64,000 bases of DNA, taken from Escherichia coli. GTDB taxonomy: Bacteria > Pseudomonadota > Gammaproteobacteria > Enterobacterales > Enterobacteriaceae. Positions 1-10,794 of the stretch are shown here, piece after piece. The stretch lies in assembly GCF_003334305.1 (NCBI RefSeq), contig NZ_QOWS01000024.1, one strand, 5' to 3'. The notes under the pieces are model-generated. The model was not told the origin of the DNA. It saw only the letters and a program-made list of their open reading frames with translations, and searched no databases. The position numbers and the translations under genes were made by a program. Position 1 is the stretch's first letter. Every line of letters starts with the position of its first letter.

Positions 1-76
1 GGGTGATTAGCTCAGCTGGGAGAGCACCTCCCTTACAAGGAGGGGGTCGGCGGTTCGATCCCGTCATCACCCACCA
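1..76 (+). tRNA. tRNA-Val (anticodon UAC)
   Basis: 76-nt sequence GGGTGATTAGCTCAGCTGGGAGAGCACCTCCCTTACAAGGAGGGGGTCGGCGGTTCGATCCCGTCATCACCCACCA; anticodon loop CTTACAA; CCA end; matches E. coli tRNA-Val1 from memory. Confidence 0.9.
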
Positions 77-78
77 CC

Positions 79-154
79 GGGTCGTTAGCTCAGTTGGTAG
101 AGCAGTTGACTTTTAATCAATTGGTCGCAGGTTCGAATCCTGCACGACCCACCA
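79..154 (+). tRNA. tRNA-Lys (anticodon UUU)
   Basis: 76-nt sequence with anticodon loop CTTTTAA, T-arm GGTTCGAATCC, CCA end; 2-nt spacer from tRNA-Val as in the lys/val tRNA array. Confidence 0.9.
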
Positions 155-160
155 ATGTAA

Positions 161-187
161 AAAAGCGCCCTAAAGGCGCTTTTTTGC
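161..187 (+). terminator. rho-independent terminator after tRNA-Lys
   Basis: Hairpin AGCGCC-CTAAA-GGCGCT followed by a T-tract. Confidence 0.6.
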
Positions 188-293
188 TATCTGCGATACT
201 CAAAGATTCGAACCTGCAGCAGGTTTGAGTTGAGCGCAGCGAAACAACGGAGCCGCTCGCGGCGACGGCCCGAAGGGCGAGCGAAGCGAGTCA

Positions 294-346
294 TCCTGCA
301 CGACCCACCAATGTAAAAAAGCGCCCTAAAGGCGCTTTTTTGCTAT
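294..346 (+). repeat. direct repeat: second copy of tRNA-Lys 3' end plus terminator (copy of about 138..190)
   Basis: TCCTGCACGACCCACCAATGTAAAAAAGCGCCCTAAAGGCGCTTTTTTGCTAT occurs twice, about 156 bp apart; the second copy lacks the 5' part of a tRNA. Confidence 0.7.
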
Positions 347-478
347 TCAGGCATCCTCAATTTCACTTTGTAAACCTGATGACATCGTCAGAGCTTACTG
401 TGCAAGCAACTCTACGTCGGTGGAATTAGGCGTAATTCGAGTGACTTTTCCCCACCATTCGACTATCTTGTTTAGCAT

Positions 479-496
479 ATAAAACAAATTACACCG
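479..496 (+). promoter_or_regulatory. candidate NadR operator (NAD box-like) upstream of nadA
   Basis: TGTTTA-N6-AAAACA, close to the TGTTTA-N6-TAAACA consensus, about 60 bp upstream of nadA start. Confidence 0.4.
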
Positions 497-558
497 ATAA
501 CAGCGAATATTACGCTAATGTCGGTTTTAACGTTAAGCCTGTAAAACGAGATGGTAAG

Positions 559-1602
559 ATGAGCGTAATGTTTGATCCAGACACGGCGATTTATCCTTTC
601 CCCCCGAAGCCGACGCCGTTAAGCATTGATGAAAAAGCGTATTACCGCGAGAAGATAAAACGTCTGCTAAAAGAACGTAATGCGGTGATGGTTGCCCACT
701 ACTATACCGATCCCGAAATTCAACAACTGGCAGAAGAAACCGGTGGCTGTATTTCTGATTCTCTGGAAATGGCGCGCTTCGGTGCAAAGCATCCCGCTTC
801 TACTTTGTTAGTCGCTGGGGTGAGATTTATGGGAGAAACCGCCAAAATTCTCAGTCCGGAAAAAACAATTCTGATGCCGACACTTCAGGCTGAATGTTCA
901 CTGGATCTCGGCTGCCCTGTTGAAGAATTTAACGCATTTTGCGATGCCCATCCCGATCGTACTGTCGTCGTCTACGCCAACACTTCTGCTGCGGTAAAAG
1001 CGCGCGCAGATTGGGTGGTAACTTCAAGCATTGCCGTCGAACTTATTGATCATCTTGATAGTTTGGGTGAAAAAATCATCTGGGCACCCGACAAACATCT
1101 GGGGCGTTACGTGCAAAAACAGACGGGTGGAGACATTCTATGCTGGCAGGGTGCCTGTATTGTGCATGATGAATTTAAGACTCAGGCGTTAACCCGCTTG
1201 CAAGAAGAATACCCGGATGCTGCCATACTGGTGCATCCAGAATCACCACAAGCTATTGTCGATATGGCGGATGCGGTCGGTTCCACCAGTCAACTGATCG
1301 CTGCTGCGAAAACATTGCCACATCAGCGGCTTATCGTGGCAACCGATCGGGGCATTTTCTACAAAATGCAGCAGGCAGTGCCAGATAAAGAGTTACTGGA
1401 AGCACCAACCGCAGGTGAGGGTGCAACCTGCCGCAGCTGCGCGCATTGTCCGTGGATGGCCATGAATGGCCTTCAGTCCATCGCAGAGGCATTAGAACAG
1501 GAAGGAAGCAATCACGAGGTTCATGTTGATGAAAGGCTGCGAGAGAGGGCGCTGGTGCCGCTCAATCGTATGCTGGATTTTGCGGCTACACTACGTGGAT
1601 AA
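559..1602 (+). CDS. nadA: quinolinate synthase
   Basis: ORF track 347 aa, N-terminus [18 protein letters not shown]; recognised as NadA; followed by pnuC. Confidence 0.95.
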
Positions 1603-1639
1603 CGAATAATAAGGCGTAACGTTACGCTTTGGGGGAAAG

Positions 1640-2359
1640 ATGGATTTTTTTAGTGTGCAGAATATCCTGGTACATATACCAATAGGGGCAGGCGGTTATG
1701 ATCTCTCATGGATCGAAGCGGTAGGCACGATCGCCGGGTTGCTGTGTATTGGCCTTGCCAGTCTGGAGAAGATCAGCAACTACTTCTTTGGCCTGATCAA
1801 CGTCACCTTGTTTGGCATTATTTTCTTTCAGATTCAGCTGTATGCCAGCCTGCTATTACAGGTGTTTTTCTTTGCCGCGAATATTTACGGTTGGTATGCG
1901 TGGTCGCGACAAACCAGTCAGAACGAGGCGGAGTTGAAAATTCGCTGGTTGCCATTGCCGAAGGCACTCAGCTGGTTGGCGGTTTGCGTTGTTTCGATTG
2001 GTCTGATGACGGTATTTATCAATCCGGTGTTTGCATTTTTGACCCGCGTGGCAGTCATGATCATGCAAGCATTAGGATTACAGGTTGTGATGCCTGAACT
2101 GCAACCGGACGCTTTCCCGTTCTGGGATTCATGCATGATGGTGTTATCTATCGTGGCAATGATTCTGATGACGCGTAAGTATGTGGAAAACTGGCTGTTG
2201 TGGGTGATTATTAACGTGATTAGCGTCGTTATTTTTGCACTTCAGGGCGTTTACGCCATGTCTCTGGAGTACATCATCCTGACCTTTATTGCGCTCAACG
2301 GCAGCCGGATGTGGATCAACAGCGCACGTGAAAGAGGCTCACGCGCGCTGTCCCATTAA
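1640..2359 (+). CDS. pnuC: nicotinamide riboside transporter PnuC
   Basis: ORF track 239 aa, hydrophobic multi-TM protein; nadA-pnuC operon context. Confidence 0.92.
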   Translation: MDFFSVQNILVHIPIGAGGYDLSWIEAVGTIAGLLCIGLASLEKISNYFFGLINVTLFGIIFFQIQLYASLLLQVFFFAANIYGWYAWSRQTSQNEAELKIRWLPLPKALSWLAVCVVSIGLMTVFINPVFAFLTRVAVMIMQALGLQVVMPELQPDAFPFWDSCMMVLSIVAMILMTRKYVENWLLWVIINVISVVIFALQGVYAMSLEYIILTFIALNGSRMWINSARERGSRALSH

Positions 2360-3297
2360 TGGTGATGATGTGAATGGCCAGACACCCCTTCATTCAGGTG
2401 GCAGTCTGGCCCATGACAAGGTTGATATTCCATCTGAATGGTGGCGTGCTCAATCTGATAGTGATCCATCAGGTAGTGTTGGATCTGATCCAACAAGGCA
2501 TCGTGATCGTGTGGCGGGATCACCTGCACATGCAACGTCATCACCGGCTTCTCGCCTACCATCCATACATGTACATGGTGCACATTGCGGACTTCCGGGA
2601 TTTCCCGGCACATACGACGCTTCAGTTCAGCGATATCCAGCGATACCGGTGCACCTTCAAGTAATTCATTCACGCTATCTTTCAACAGTCGCCACGCGCT
2701 ACGCAGAACCAGAAGCGACACCAGTATCGAGAGAATGGGGTCAGCAGGTGTCCAGCCAGTCCAGATAATAATCAACGCGGCAATAATAGCCCCAACCGAA
2801 CCCAGCAGGTCCCCGAGCACATGCAGTGCCGCTGCTCGTACGTTGAGGTTTTTCTCTTCGCTGCCGTGATGAAGTAACCAGAAAGAAAGTATATTTGCCA
2901 GCAACCCAGCCACGGCAATTGCCATCATCATGCCGCCCTCGACCGGACGCGGCGTGCGGAAGCGTTCTATCGCCTCCCAGACAATCAAAATGGTAATTAC
3001 CACGAGGGCTATGGCATTCACAAACGCCGCGAGCGTGGTCAGTCTTAGCCAACCGAAAGTGTGGCGAATGGTGGGAGGACGACGTGAAAATTGCACGGCG
3101 AGTAGGGCGAAAAGCAGGGCGGCAGTATCGGTCAACATATGACCCGCATCGGCCAGCAATGCCAGAGAACCAGAAAGAAAACCACCAACGACTTCTACCA
3201 GCATAAACCCGGCAGTCACGCCGAAAGCATACAACAAGCGACGAGCATTATTATCTTCTGGCAGGTGTGAGGACGTGTGTGAGTGTGAGTGCGCCAT
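2356..3297 (-). CDS. zitB: zinc efflux transporter, cation diffusion facilitator family
   Basis: ORF track 313 aa, His-rich N-terminus [11 protein letters not shown] and C-terminal HSHHHH; convergent with pnuC and overlapping its end by 4 nt. Confidence 0.92.
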
Positions 3298-3410
3298 GAC
3301 GAGTCATCCCTTAATTATTCTCACTTAACTTTATGACATCATACTGCTTTTAGAAGTGAAAAATTAAAAGGGAGAGACTCCGCTCTCCCATTATTGGCTA
3401 TTTTGCAGGG

Positions 3411-3791
3411 TTACTGCGTGGTACCGTCGGTTTTGGTATCGACATCATTATTGATGCCATCACCGGTTTGTACCTTTTTATTGATATCCGGACAGCGACC
3501 ATCTTTGCACATGGTGTTCTTGTGCTCTTCATCTTTGGTCATTCCGTCATTGTTCATTGAAGAACCATCCGAATGCAGCATTGTGCCACCAGAACCGGTA
3601 TTTACCCCGTTATTGTCGACGTTATTTGGCGCGACATTTTCACGGGCGTCAGGGGCTACCTGGCCCGCATCAGCTGCGGCGTTTGCCTGGCCGTTATTAG
3701 TTTGCGCTCCGCTATCGGCAGCCAGTGCGGCACCGCTGGCAAGGCTTAGAGTGGCAGTCAGAAATAATGTGGCCAGTTTTGTCATTTTCAT
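3411..3791 (-). CDS. ybgS: secreted low-complexity protein YbgS
   Basis: ORF track 126 aa; signal peptide [24 protein letters not shown]; Asn/Gly/Asp/Thr-rich mature part. Confidence 0.85.
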
Positions 3792-4018
3792 AGGATGCTC
3801 CTGTTATGGTCGTTATGTCGGATAACCTCTTCCAACAGTGCATTTGCAGGTGAATATAAGGCATTGGTTTAAGATTTCAGCCAGGTTATGAAACGCAGCA
3901 GAGAATCTTGAAATAATTAACAAACAAAGGAGTTACAGTTAGAAATTGTAGGAGAGATCTCGTTTTTCGCGACAATCTGGCGTTTTTCTTGCTAATTCCA
4001 GGATTAATCCGTTCATAG

Positions 4019-4036
4019 TGTAAAACCCCGTTTACA
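4019..4036 (+). promoter_or_regulatory. TyrR box upstream of aroG
   Basis: TGTAAA-ACCCCG-TTTACA matches the TGTAAA-N6-TTTACA TyrR consensus, about 70 bp upstream of aroG. Confidence 0.55.
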
Positions 4037-4106
4037 CATTCTGACGGAAGATATAGATTGGAAGTATTGCATTCACTAAGATAAGTATGGCAACACTGGA
4101 ACAGAC

Positions 4107-5159
4107 ATGAATTATCAGAACGACGATTTACGCATCAAAGAAATCAAAGAGTTACTTCCTCCTGTCGCATTGCTGGAAAAATTCCCCGCTACTGAAAATG
4201 CCGCGAATACGGTTGCCCATGCCCGAAAAGCGATCCATAAGATCCTGAAAGGTAATGATGATCGCCTGTTGGTTGTGATTGGCCCATGCTCAATTCATGA
4301 TCCTGTCGCGGCAAAAGAGTATGCCACTCGCTTGCTGGCGCTGCGTGAAGAGCTGAAAGATGAGCTGGAAATCGTAATGCGCGTCTATTTTGAAAAGCCG
4401 CGTACCACGGTGGGCTGGAAAGGGCTGATTAACGATCCGCATATGGATAATAGCTTCCAGATCAACGACGGTCTGCGTATAGCCCGTAAATTGCTGCTTG
4501 ATATTAACGACAGCGGTCTGCCAGCGGCAGGTGAGTTTCTCGATATGATCACCCCACAATATCTCGCTGACCTGATGAGCTGGGGCGCAATTGGCGCACG
4601 TACCACCGAATCGCAGGTGCACCGCGAACTGGCATCAGGGCTTTCTTGTCCGGTCGGCTTCAAAAATGGCACCGACGGTACGATTAAAGTGGCTATCGAT
4701 GCCATTAATGCCGCCGGTGCGCCGCACTGCTTCCTGTCCGTAACGAAATGGGGGCATTCGGCGATTGTGAATACCAGCGGTAACGGCGATTGCCATATCA
4801 TTCTGCGCGGCGGTAAAGAGCCTAACTACAGCGCGAAGCACGTTGCTGAAGTGAAAGAAGGGCTGAACAAAGCAGGCCTGCCAGCACAGGTGATGATCGA
4901 TTTCAGCCATGCTAACTCGTCCAAACAATTCAACAAGCAGATGGATGTTTGTGCTGACGTTTGCCAGCAGATTGCCGGTGGCGAAAAGGCCATTATTGGC
5001 GTGATGGTGGAAAGCCATCTGGTGGAAGGCAATCAGAGCCTCGAGAGCGGGGAGCCGCTGGCCTACGGTAAGAGCATCACCGATGCCTGCATCGGCTGGG
5101 AAGATACCGATGCTCTGTTACGTCAACTGGCGAATGCAGTAAAAGCGCGTCGCGGGTAA
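4107..5159 (+). CDS. aroG: 3-deoxy-D-arabino-heptulosonate-7-phosphate synthase, Phe-sensitive
   Basis: ORF track 350 aa, MNYQNDDLRIKEIKELLPP; recognised as AroG. Confidence 0.95.
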   Translation: MNYQNDDLRIKEIKELLPPVALLEKFPATENAANTVAHARKAIHKILKGNDDRLLVVIGPCSIHDPVAAKEYATRLLALREELKDELEIVMRVYFEKPRTTVGWKGLINDPHMDNSFQINDGLRIARKLLLDINDSGLPAAGEFLDMITPQYLADLMSWGAIGARTTESQVHRELASGLSCPVGFKNGTDGTIKVAIDAINAAGAPHCFLSVTKWGHSAIVNTSGNGDCHIILRGGKEPNYSAKHVAEVKEGLNKAGLPAQVMIDFSHANSSKQFNKQMDVCADVCQQIAGGEKAIIGVMVESHLVEGNQSLESGEPLAYGKSITDACIGWEDTDALLRQLANAVKARRG

Positions 5160-5170
5160 GGTTTAATTGT

Positions 5171-5244
5171 CGGATGCGCCGTCAGAGTGGCGTATCCGAT
5201 GAATCACCACAGGCCTGATAAGTCGCGCAGCGTCGCATCAGGCA
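5171..5244. repeat. REP (repetitive extragenic palindromic) elements
   Basis: Imperfect palindromes CGGATGCGCC...GGCGTATCCG and GCCTGATAAG...CATCAGGC between convergent aroG and gpmA. Confidence 0.6.
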
Positions 5245-5264
5245 ATGTGCTCCATTGTTAGCAA

Positions 5265-5296
5265 CAAAAAAGCCGACTCACTTGCAGTCGGCTTTC
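5265..5296. terminator. bidirectional rho-independent terminator between aroG and gpmA
   Basis: Hairpin GCCGACT...AGTCGGC flanked by an A-tract upstream and T-tract downstream. Confidence 0.55.
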
Positions 5297-5316
5297 TCAT
5301 TTTAAACGAATGACGT

Positions 5317-6069
5317 TTACTTCGCTTTACCCTGGTTTGCAACCGCCGCTGCTTTCGCTGCGATCTCGTCAGCATTACCCAGATAATAGCGTTTCAGCGG
5401 TTTGAAATTCTCGTCGAACTCATACACCAGCGGCACGCCAGTCGGGATATTAAGCTCAAGAATCTCTTCTTCGCTCATGTTATCAAGATATTTCACCAGC
5501 GCACGTAAAGAGTTACCGTGTGCAGCGATGATCACGCGCTCACCGCTCTTCATACGCGGCAGAATAGTTTCATTCCAGTAAGGGATCACGCGGTCAATGG
5601 TCAGCGCCAGGCTTTCCGTCAGCGGCAGTTCTTTTTCGCTCAGTTTCGCGTAACGCGGATCGTGACCCGGATAACGCTCATCATCTTTAGTCAGTTCCGG
5701 CGGAGTCACTGCAAAACCACGACGCCACTGTTTCACCTGCTCGTCGCCATACTTTTCAGCAGTTTCCGCTTTGTTCAGACCCTGCAACGCACCGTAGTGA
5801 CGTTCGTTCAGTTTCCAGGATTTCTCAACGGGCAGCCATGCCTGATCCAGTTCGTCCAGCACATTCCACAGGGTATGGATAGCGCGTTTCAGCACAGAGG
5901 TGTAAGCAAAGTCAAAGCTGTAACCTTCCTCTTTCAGCAGCTTACCTGCTGCTTTTGCTTCGCTTACGCCTTTCTCAGACAGATCCACGTCGTACCAACC
6001 GGTGAAACGGTTTTCTTTGTTCCACTGACTTTCGCCATGACGAACCAGAACCAGCTTAGTTACAGCCAT
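5317..6069 (-). CDS. gpmA: 2,3-bisphosphoglycerate-dependent phosphoglycerate mutase
   Basis: ORF track 5317..6084; start trimmed to the internal ATG giving [17 protein letters not shown] (250 aa). Confidence 0.93.
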
Positions 6070-6095
6070 ATACTTACTCCTCAAATCATTTTTTA

Positions 6096-6116
6096 ATGAT
6101 AATAATTCTCATTATA
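6096..6116 (-). promoter_or_regulatory. candidate Fur box in gpmA promoter
   Basis: AATGATAATAATTCTCATTAT resembles the GATAATGATAATCATTATC Fur consensus, about 30 bp upstream of gpmA start. Confidence 0.4.
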
Positions 6117-6273
6117 TTGCCGTGACGAAGCAACAGCAATGCTTACGCATAACCATAGCGAAAATAGTGTCGCAGTGTAAGGTTGTTGTGAATATTGAGT
6201 TGCAAATATGTCGGTGTTTGCTGGTGATTTGAGCAATATAAGGATAAAGCCCTCATTACGAGGGCTTCAGGTG

Positions 6274-7314
6274 CTACTCAGCAATAAACTGATATTCCGT
6301 CAGGCTGGAATACTCTTCGCCAGGACGCAGGAAGCAGTCCGGTTGCGGCCATTCAGGGTGGTTTGGGCTGTCCGGCAGAAACTCGCTTTCCAGTGCCAGG
6401 CCTTGCCAGTCGGCGTAAGGTTCAGTTCCTCTTGATGGCGTGCCGCCGAGGAAGTTGCCGGAGTAGAATTGCAGAGCCGGAGCGGTGGTGTAGACCTTCA
6501 GCTGCAATTTTTCATCTGCTGACCAGACATGCGCCGCCACTTTCTTGCCATCGCCTTTGGCCTGTAACAAGAATGCGTGATCGTAACCTTTCACTTTGCG
6601 CTGATCGTCGTCGGCAAGAAACTCACTGGCGATGATTTTGGCGCTACGGAAATCAAAAGACGTTCCGGCGACAGATTTCAGACCGTCGTGCGGAATGCCG
6701 CCTTCATCAACCGGCAGATATTCGTCCGCCAGAATCTGCAACTTGTGATTGCGCACGTCAGACTGCTCGCCGTCAAGATTGAAATAGACGTGATTAGTCA
6801 TATTCACCGGGCAAGGTTTATCAACTGTGGCGCGATAAGTAATAGAGATACGGTTATCGTCGGTCAGACGATATTGCACCGTCGCGCCGAGATTACCCGG
6901 GAAGCCCTGATCGCCATCATCTGAACTCAGGGCAAACAGCACCTGACGATCGTTCTGGTTCACAATCTGCCAGCGACGTTTGTCGAACCCTTCCGGGCCG
7001 CCGTGCAGCTGGTTAACGCCCTGACTTGGCGAAAGCGTCACGGTTTCACCGTCAAAGGTATAACGGCTATTGGCGATGCGGTTGGCATAACGACCAATAG
7101 AGGCCCCCAGAAACGCAGCCTGATCCTGATAGCATTCCGGGCTGGCACAGCCGAGCAGCGCCTCGCGGACGCTGCCATCGGAAAGCGGAATACGAGCTGA
7201 AAGTAAAGTCGCACCCCAGTCCATCAGCGTGACTACCATCCCTGCGTTGTTACGCAAAGTTAACAGTCGGTACGGCTGACCATCGGGTGCCAGTGCGGGA
7301 GTTTCGTTCAGCAC
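6274..7314 (-). CDS. galM: aldose 1-epimerase (galactose mutarotase)
   Basis: ORF track 346 aa, [20 protein letters not shown]; last gene of galETKM. Confidence 0.95.
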
Positions 7315-8456
7315 TGTCCTGCTCCTTGTGATGGTTTACAAACGTAAAAAGTCTCTTTAATACCTGTTTTTGCTTCATATTGTTCAGCGACAGCTTGCTG
7401 TACAGCAGGCACCAGCTCTTCCGGGATCAGCGCGACGATACAGCCGCCAAATCCGCCGCCGGTCATGCGTACGCCACCTTTGTCGCCAATCACAGCTTTG
7501 ACGATTTCTACCAGAGTGTCAATTTGCGGCACGGTGATTTCGAAATCATCGCGCATAGAGGCATGAGACTCCGCCATCAACTCGCCCATACGTTTCAGGT
7601 CGCCCTGCTCCAGCGCGCTGGCAGCTTCAACGGTGCGGGCGTTTTCAGTCAGGATATGCCGCACGCGTTTCGCCACGATTGGGTCCAGCTCATGTGCAAC
7701 AGCGTTGAACTCTTCAATGGTGACATCGCGCAGGGCTGGCTGCTGGAAGAAACGCGCACCGGTTTCGCACTGTTCACGACGGGTGTTGTATTCGCTGCCA
7801 ACCAGGGTACGTTTGAAGTTACTGTTGATGATGACGACAGCCACACCTTTCGGCATGGAAACTGCTTTGGTCCCCAGTGAACGGCAGTCAATCAGCAAGG
7901 CATGATCTTTCTTGCCGAGCGCGGAAATTAGCTGATCCATGATCCCGCAGTTACAGCCAACAAACTGGTTTTCTGCTTCCTGACCGTTAAGCGCGATTTG
8001 TGCGCCGTCCAGCGGCAGATGATAAAGCTGCTGCAATACGGTTCCGACCGCCACTTCGAGTGAGGCGGAAGAACTTAACCCGGCACCCTGCGGCACATTG
8101 CCGCTGATCACCATGTCCACGCCGCCGAAGCTGTTGTTACGCAGTTGCAGATGTTTCACCACGCCACGAACGTAGTTAGCCCATTGATAGTTTTCATGTG
8201 CGACAATGGGCGCATCGAGGGAAAACTCGTCGAGCTGATTTTCATAATCGGCTGCCATCACGCGAACTTTACGGTCATCGCGTGGTGCACAACTGATCAC
8301 GGTTTGATAATCAATCGCGCAGGGCAGAACGAAACCGTCGTTGTAGTCGGTGTGTTCACCAATCAAATTCACGCGGCCAGGCGCCTGAATGGTGTGAGTG
8401 GCAGGGTAGCCAAATGCGTTGGCAAACAGAGATTGTGTTTTTTCTTTCAGACTCAT
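7308..8456 (-). CDS. galK: galactokinase
   Basis: ORF track 382 aa, [21 protein letters not shown]; GHMP kinase. Confidence 0.95.
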
Positions 8457-8459
8457 TTC

Positions 8460-9506
8460 TTACACTCCGGATTCGCGAAAATGGATATCGCTGACTGCGC
8501 GCAAACGCTCTGCTGCCTGTTCTGCGGTCAGGTCTCGCTGGGTCTCTGCCAGCATTTCATAACCAACCATAAATTTACGTACGGTGGCGGAGCGCAACAG
8601 AGGCGGATAAAAGTGCGCGTGCAGCTGCCAGTGTTGATTCTCTTCGCCATTAAATGGTGCGCCGTGCCAGCCCATAGAGTAGGGGAAGGAGCACTGGAAG
8701 AGGTTGTCATAACGACTGGTCAGCTTTTTCAACGCCAGCGCCAAATCGCTGCGCTGGGCGTCGGTCAAATCGGTGATCCGCAAAACGTGGGCTTTGGGCA
8801 GCAGTAGCGTTTCGAACGGCCAGGCAGCCCAGTAAGGCACAACGGCTAACCAGTGTTCGGTTTCGACAACGGTACGGCTACCGTCTGCCAGCTCGCGCTG
8901 AACATAATCCACCAGCATTGGTGATTTCTGTTCGGCAAAATATTCTTTTTGCAGGCGGTCTTCGCGCTCAGCTTCGTTAGGCAGGAAGCTATTTGCCCAA
9001 ATCTGTCCGTGCGGATGCGGGTTAGAGCAGCCCATCGCCGCACCTTTGTTTTCAAAGACCTGCACCCACGGGTACGTTTTTCCCAGCTCTGCGGTTTGCT
9101 CCTGCCAGGTTTTGACGATTTCCGTCAATGCCGCAACGCTCAGTTCTGGCAACGTTTTACTGTGATCCGGTGAAAAGCAGATCACCCGGCTGGTACCGCG
9201 CGCGCTCTGGCAACGCATCAAAGGATCGTTGCTTTCTGGCGCATCTGGCGTGTCAGACATCAAGGCCGCAAAGTCATTAGTGAAAACGTAAGTCCTGGTG
9301 TAATCGGGGTTTTTATCGCCTGTCACCCGCACATTACCTGCGCAGAGGAAGCAATCTGGATCGTGCGCAGGTAACACCTGTTTGGCTGGCGTTTCCTGCG
9401 CCCCCTGCCAGGGGCGCTTAGCGCGGTGCGGTGAAACCAGAATCCATTGCCCGGTGAGCGGGTTGTAGCGGCGATGTGGATGATCAACGGGATTAAATTG
9501 CGTCAT
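8460..9506 (-). CDS. galT: galactose-1-phosphate uridylyltransferase
   Basis: ORF track 348 aa, [28 protein letters not shown]. Confidence 0.95.
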   Translation of the reverse strand: MTQFNPVDHPHRRYNPLTGQWILVSPHRAKRPWQGAQETPAKQVLPAHDPDCFLCAGNVRVTGDKNPDYTRTYVFTNDFAALMSDTPDAPESNDPLMRCQSARGTSRVICFSPDHSKTLPELSVAALTEIVKTWQEQTAELGKTYPWVQVFENKGAAMGCSNPHPHGQIWANSFLPNEAEREDRLQKEYFAEQKSPMLVDYVQRELADGSRTVVETEHWLAVVPYWAAWPFETLLLPKAHVLRITDLTDAQRSDLALALKKLTSRYDNLFQCSFPYSMGWHGAPFNGEENQHWQLHAHFYPPLLRSATVRKFMVGYEMLAETQRDLTAEQAAERLRAVSDIHFRESGV

Positions 9507-9515
9507 GGTCGTTCC

Positions 9516-10532
9516 TTAATCGGGATATCCCTGTGGATGGCGTGACTGCCAGTGCCAGGTGTCCTGCGCCATTTCATCGAGTGTGCGCGTTACGCGCCAG
9601 TTCAGTTCACGGTCGGCTTTGCTGGCGTCCGCCCAGTAGGCCGGAAGGTCGCCTTCGCGACGCGGTGCAAAATGATAGTTAACCGGTTTGCCGCAGGCTT
9701 TGCTGAAGGCATTAACCACGTCCAGCACGCTGCTGCCTACGCCAGCACCGAGGTTGTAGATGTGTACGCCTGGCTTGTTCGCCAGTTTTTCCATCGCCAC
9801 GACGTGACCGTCCGCCAGATCCATTACGTGGATGTAATCGCGTACGCCAGTACCATCTTCGGTCGGATAATCGTTACCAAAAATCGCCAGCGAGTCGCGA
9901 CGGCCTACAGCAACCTGGGCGATGTATGGCATCAGGTTATTCGGAATGCCTTGCGGATCTTCGCCCATATCGCCCGACGGATGCGCGCCAACCGGGTTGA
10001 AGTAGCGCAGCAGGGCAATGCTCCAGTCCGGCTGGGCTTTTTGCAGGTCGGTGAGGATCTGTTCCACCATCAATTTGCTTTTGCCATAAGGGCTTTGCGG
10101 TGTGCCGGTCGGGAAGCTTTCAACGTATGGAATTTTGGGCTGATCGCCATAAACGGTAGCGGAGGAGCTAAAAATAAAGTTTTTGACGTTAGCGGCGCGC
10201 ATGGCGCTAATCAGGCGCAGAGTGCCGTTGACATTGTTGTCGTAATATTCCAGCGGTTTTTGTACCGATTCGCCGACGGCTTTCAGCCCGGCGAAGTGGA
10301 TCACGGTGTCGATAGCGTGATCGTGCAGTATCTCGGTCATCAACGCTTCGTTACGAATATCGCCTTCAACAAACGTTGGATGTTTGCCGCCTAAACGCTC
10401 GATAACAGGCAGTACGCTGCGCTTACTGTTACAGAGGTTATCAAGAATGATGACATCATGACCGTTTTGCAGTAATTGCACGCAGGTATGACTTCCAATG
10501 TAACCGCTACCACCGGTAACCAGAACTCTCAT
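9516..10532 (-). CDS. galE: UDP-glucose 4-epimerase
   Basis: ORF track 9516..10574; start trimmed to ATG giving MRVLVTGGSGYIGSH (Rossmann GxxGxxG), 338 aa. Confidence 0.95.
   Translation of the reverse strand: MRVLVTGGSGYIGSHTCVQLLQNGHDVIILDNLCNSKRSVLPVIERLGGKHPTFVEGDIRNEALMTEILHDHAIDTVIHFAGLKAVGESVQKPLEYYDNNVNGTLRLISAMRAANVKNFIFSSSATVYGDQPKIPYVESFPTGTPQSPYGKSKLMVEQILTDLQKAQPDWSIALLRYFNPVGAHPSGDMGEDPQGIPNNLMPYIAQVAVGRRDSLAIFGNDYPTEDGTGVRDYIHVMDLADGHVVAMEKLANKPGVHIYNLGAGVGSSVLDVVNAFSKACGKPVNYHFAPRREGDLPAYWADASKADRELNWRVTRTLDEMAQDTWHWQSRHPQGYPD
10498..10513 (-). promoter_or_regulatory. gal internal operator O_I (GalR/GalS site) inside the galE 5' end
   Basis: Plus-strand ATGTAACCGCTACCAC is the reverse complement of the known O_I sequence GTGGTAGCGGTTACAT. 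Confidence 0.55.
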
Positions 10533-10539
10533 AATTCGC

Positions 10540-10610
10540 TCCATTAGGCTTATGGTATGAAATAACCATAGCATAACAAAGATGCGAAAAGTGTGACATG
10601 GAATAAATTA
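10540..10610 (-). promoter_or_regulatory. gal P1/P2 promoter region with CRP site
   Basis: Reverse complement reads TGTCACACTTTTCGCATCTTTGTTATGCTATGGTTATTTCATACCATAAGCC, the classical gal promoter sequence with a TGTGA-type CRP half-site. Confidence 0.6.
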
Positions 10611-10626
10611 GTGGAATCGTTTACAC
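10611..10626 (-). promoter_or_regulatory. gal external operator O_E
   Basis: GTGGAATCGTTTACAC is the reverse complement of GTGTAAACGATTCCAC. Confidence 0.65.
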
Positions 10627-10794
10627 AAGAATTTAGCCGTTTTTTATATGCGATTAAGTGATTATAAAACAGAGGATTTATGAATGATTGCGCTTTTTAT
10701 CTGAAAAAAAAGACGCGGTTTCATGCCTTGATGCGTCGAACTGTAGGCCGGAGAGGGGGCTTACGCCACATCCGGCACAGTCAGCATTACCAAC

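Noticed and set aside
191-293. An additional intact tRNA gene between the two terminator copies
   Set aside because: Only a 3' acceptor/T-arm fragment and an inverted T-arm-like piece are present; no cloverleaf with anticodon arm can be drawn.
1708-2097. 129-aa ORF in an alternative frame of pnuC
   Set aside because: It overlaps the pnuC coding frame on the same strand and has no independent support; a frame-shadow ORF.
5518-6096. 192-aa ORF antisense to gpmA
   Set aside because: It lies entirely within and opposite to the well-supported gpmA CDS, is low-complexity (F/Q/R-rich) and is a typical antisense shadow ORF. The same reasoning applies to 9552..10394 (in galE), 16101..16796 (in ybhA), 8145..8807 (in galK/galT), 49870..50412 (in rhlE), 52656..53150 (in dinG), 59062..59865 (in fiu) and 62464..63144 (in ybiO).
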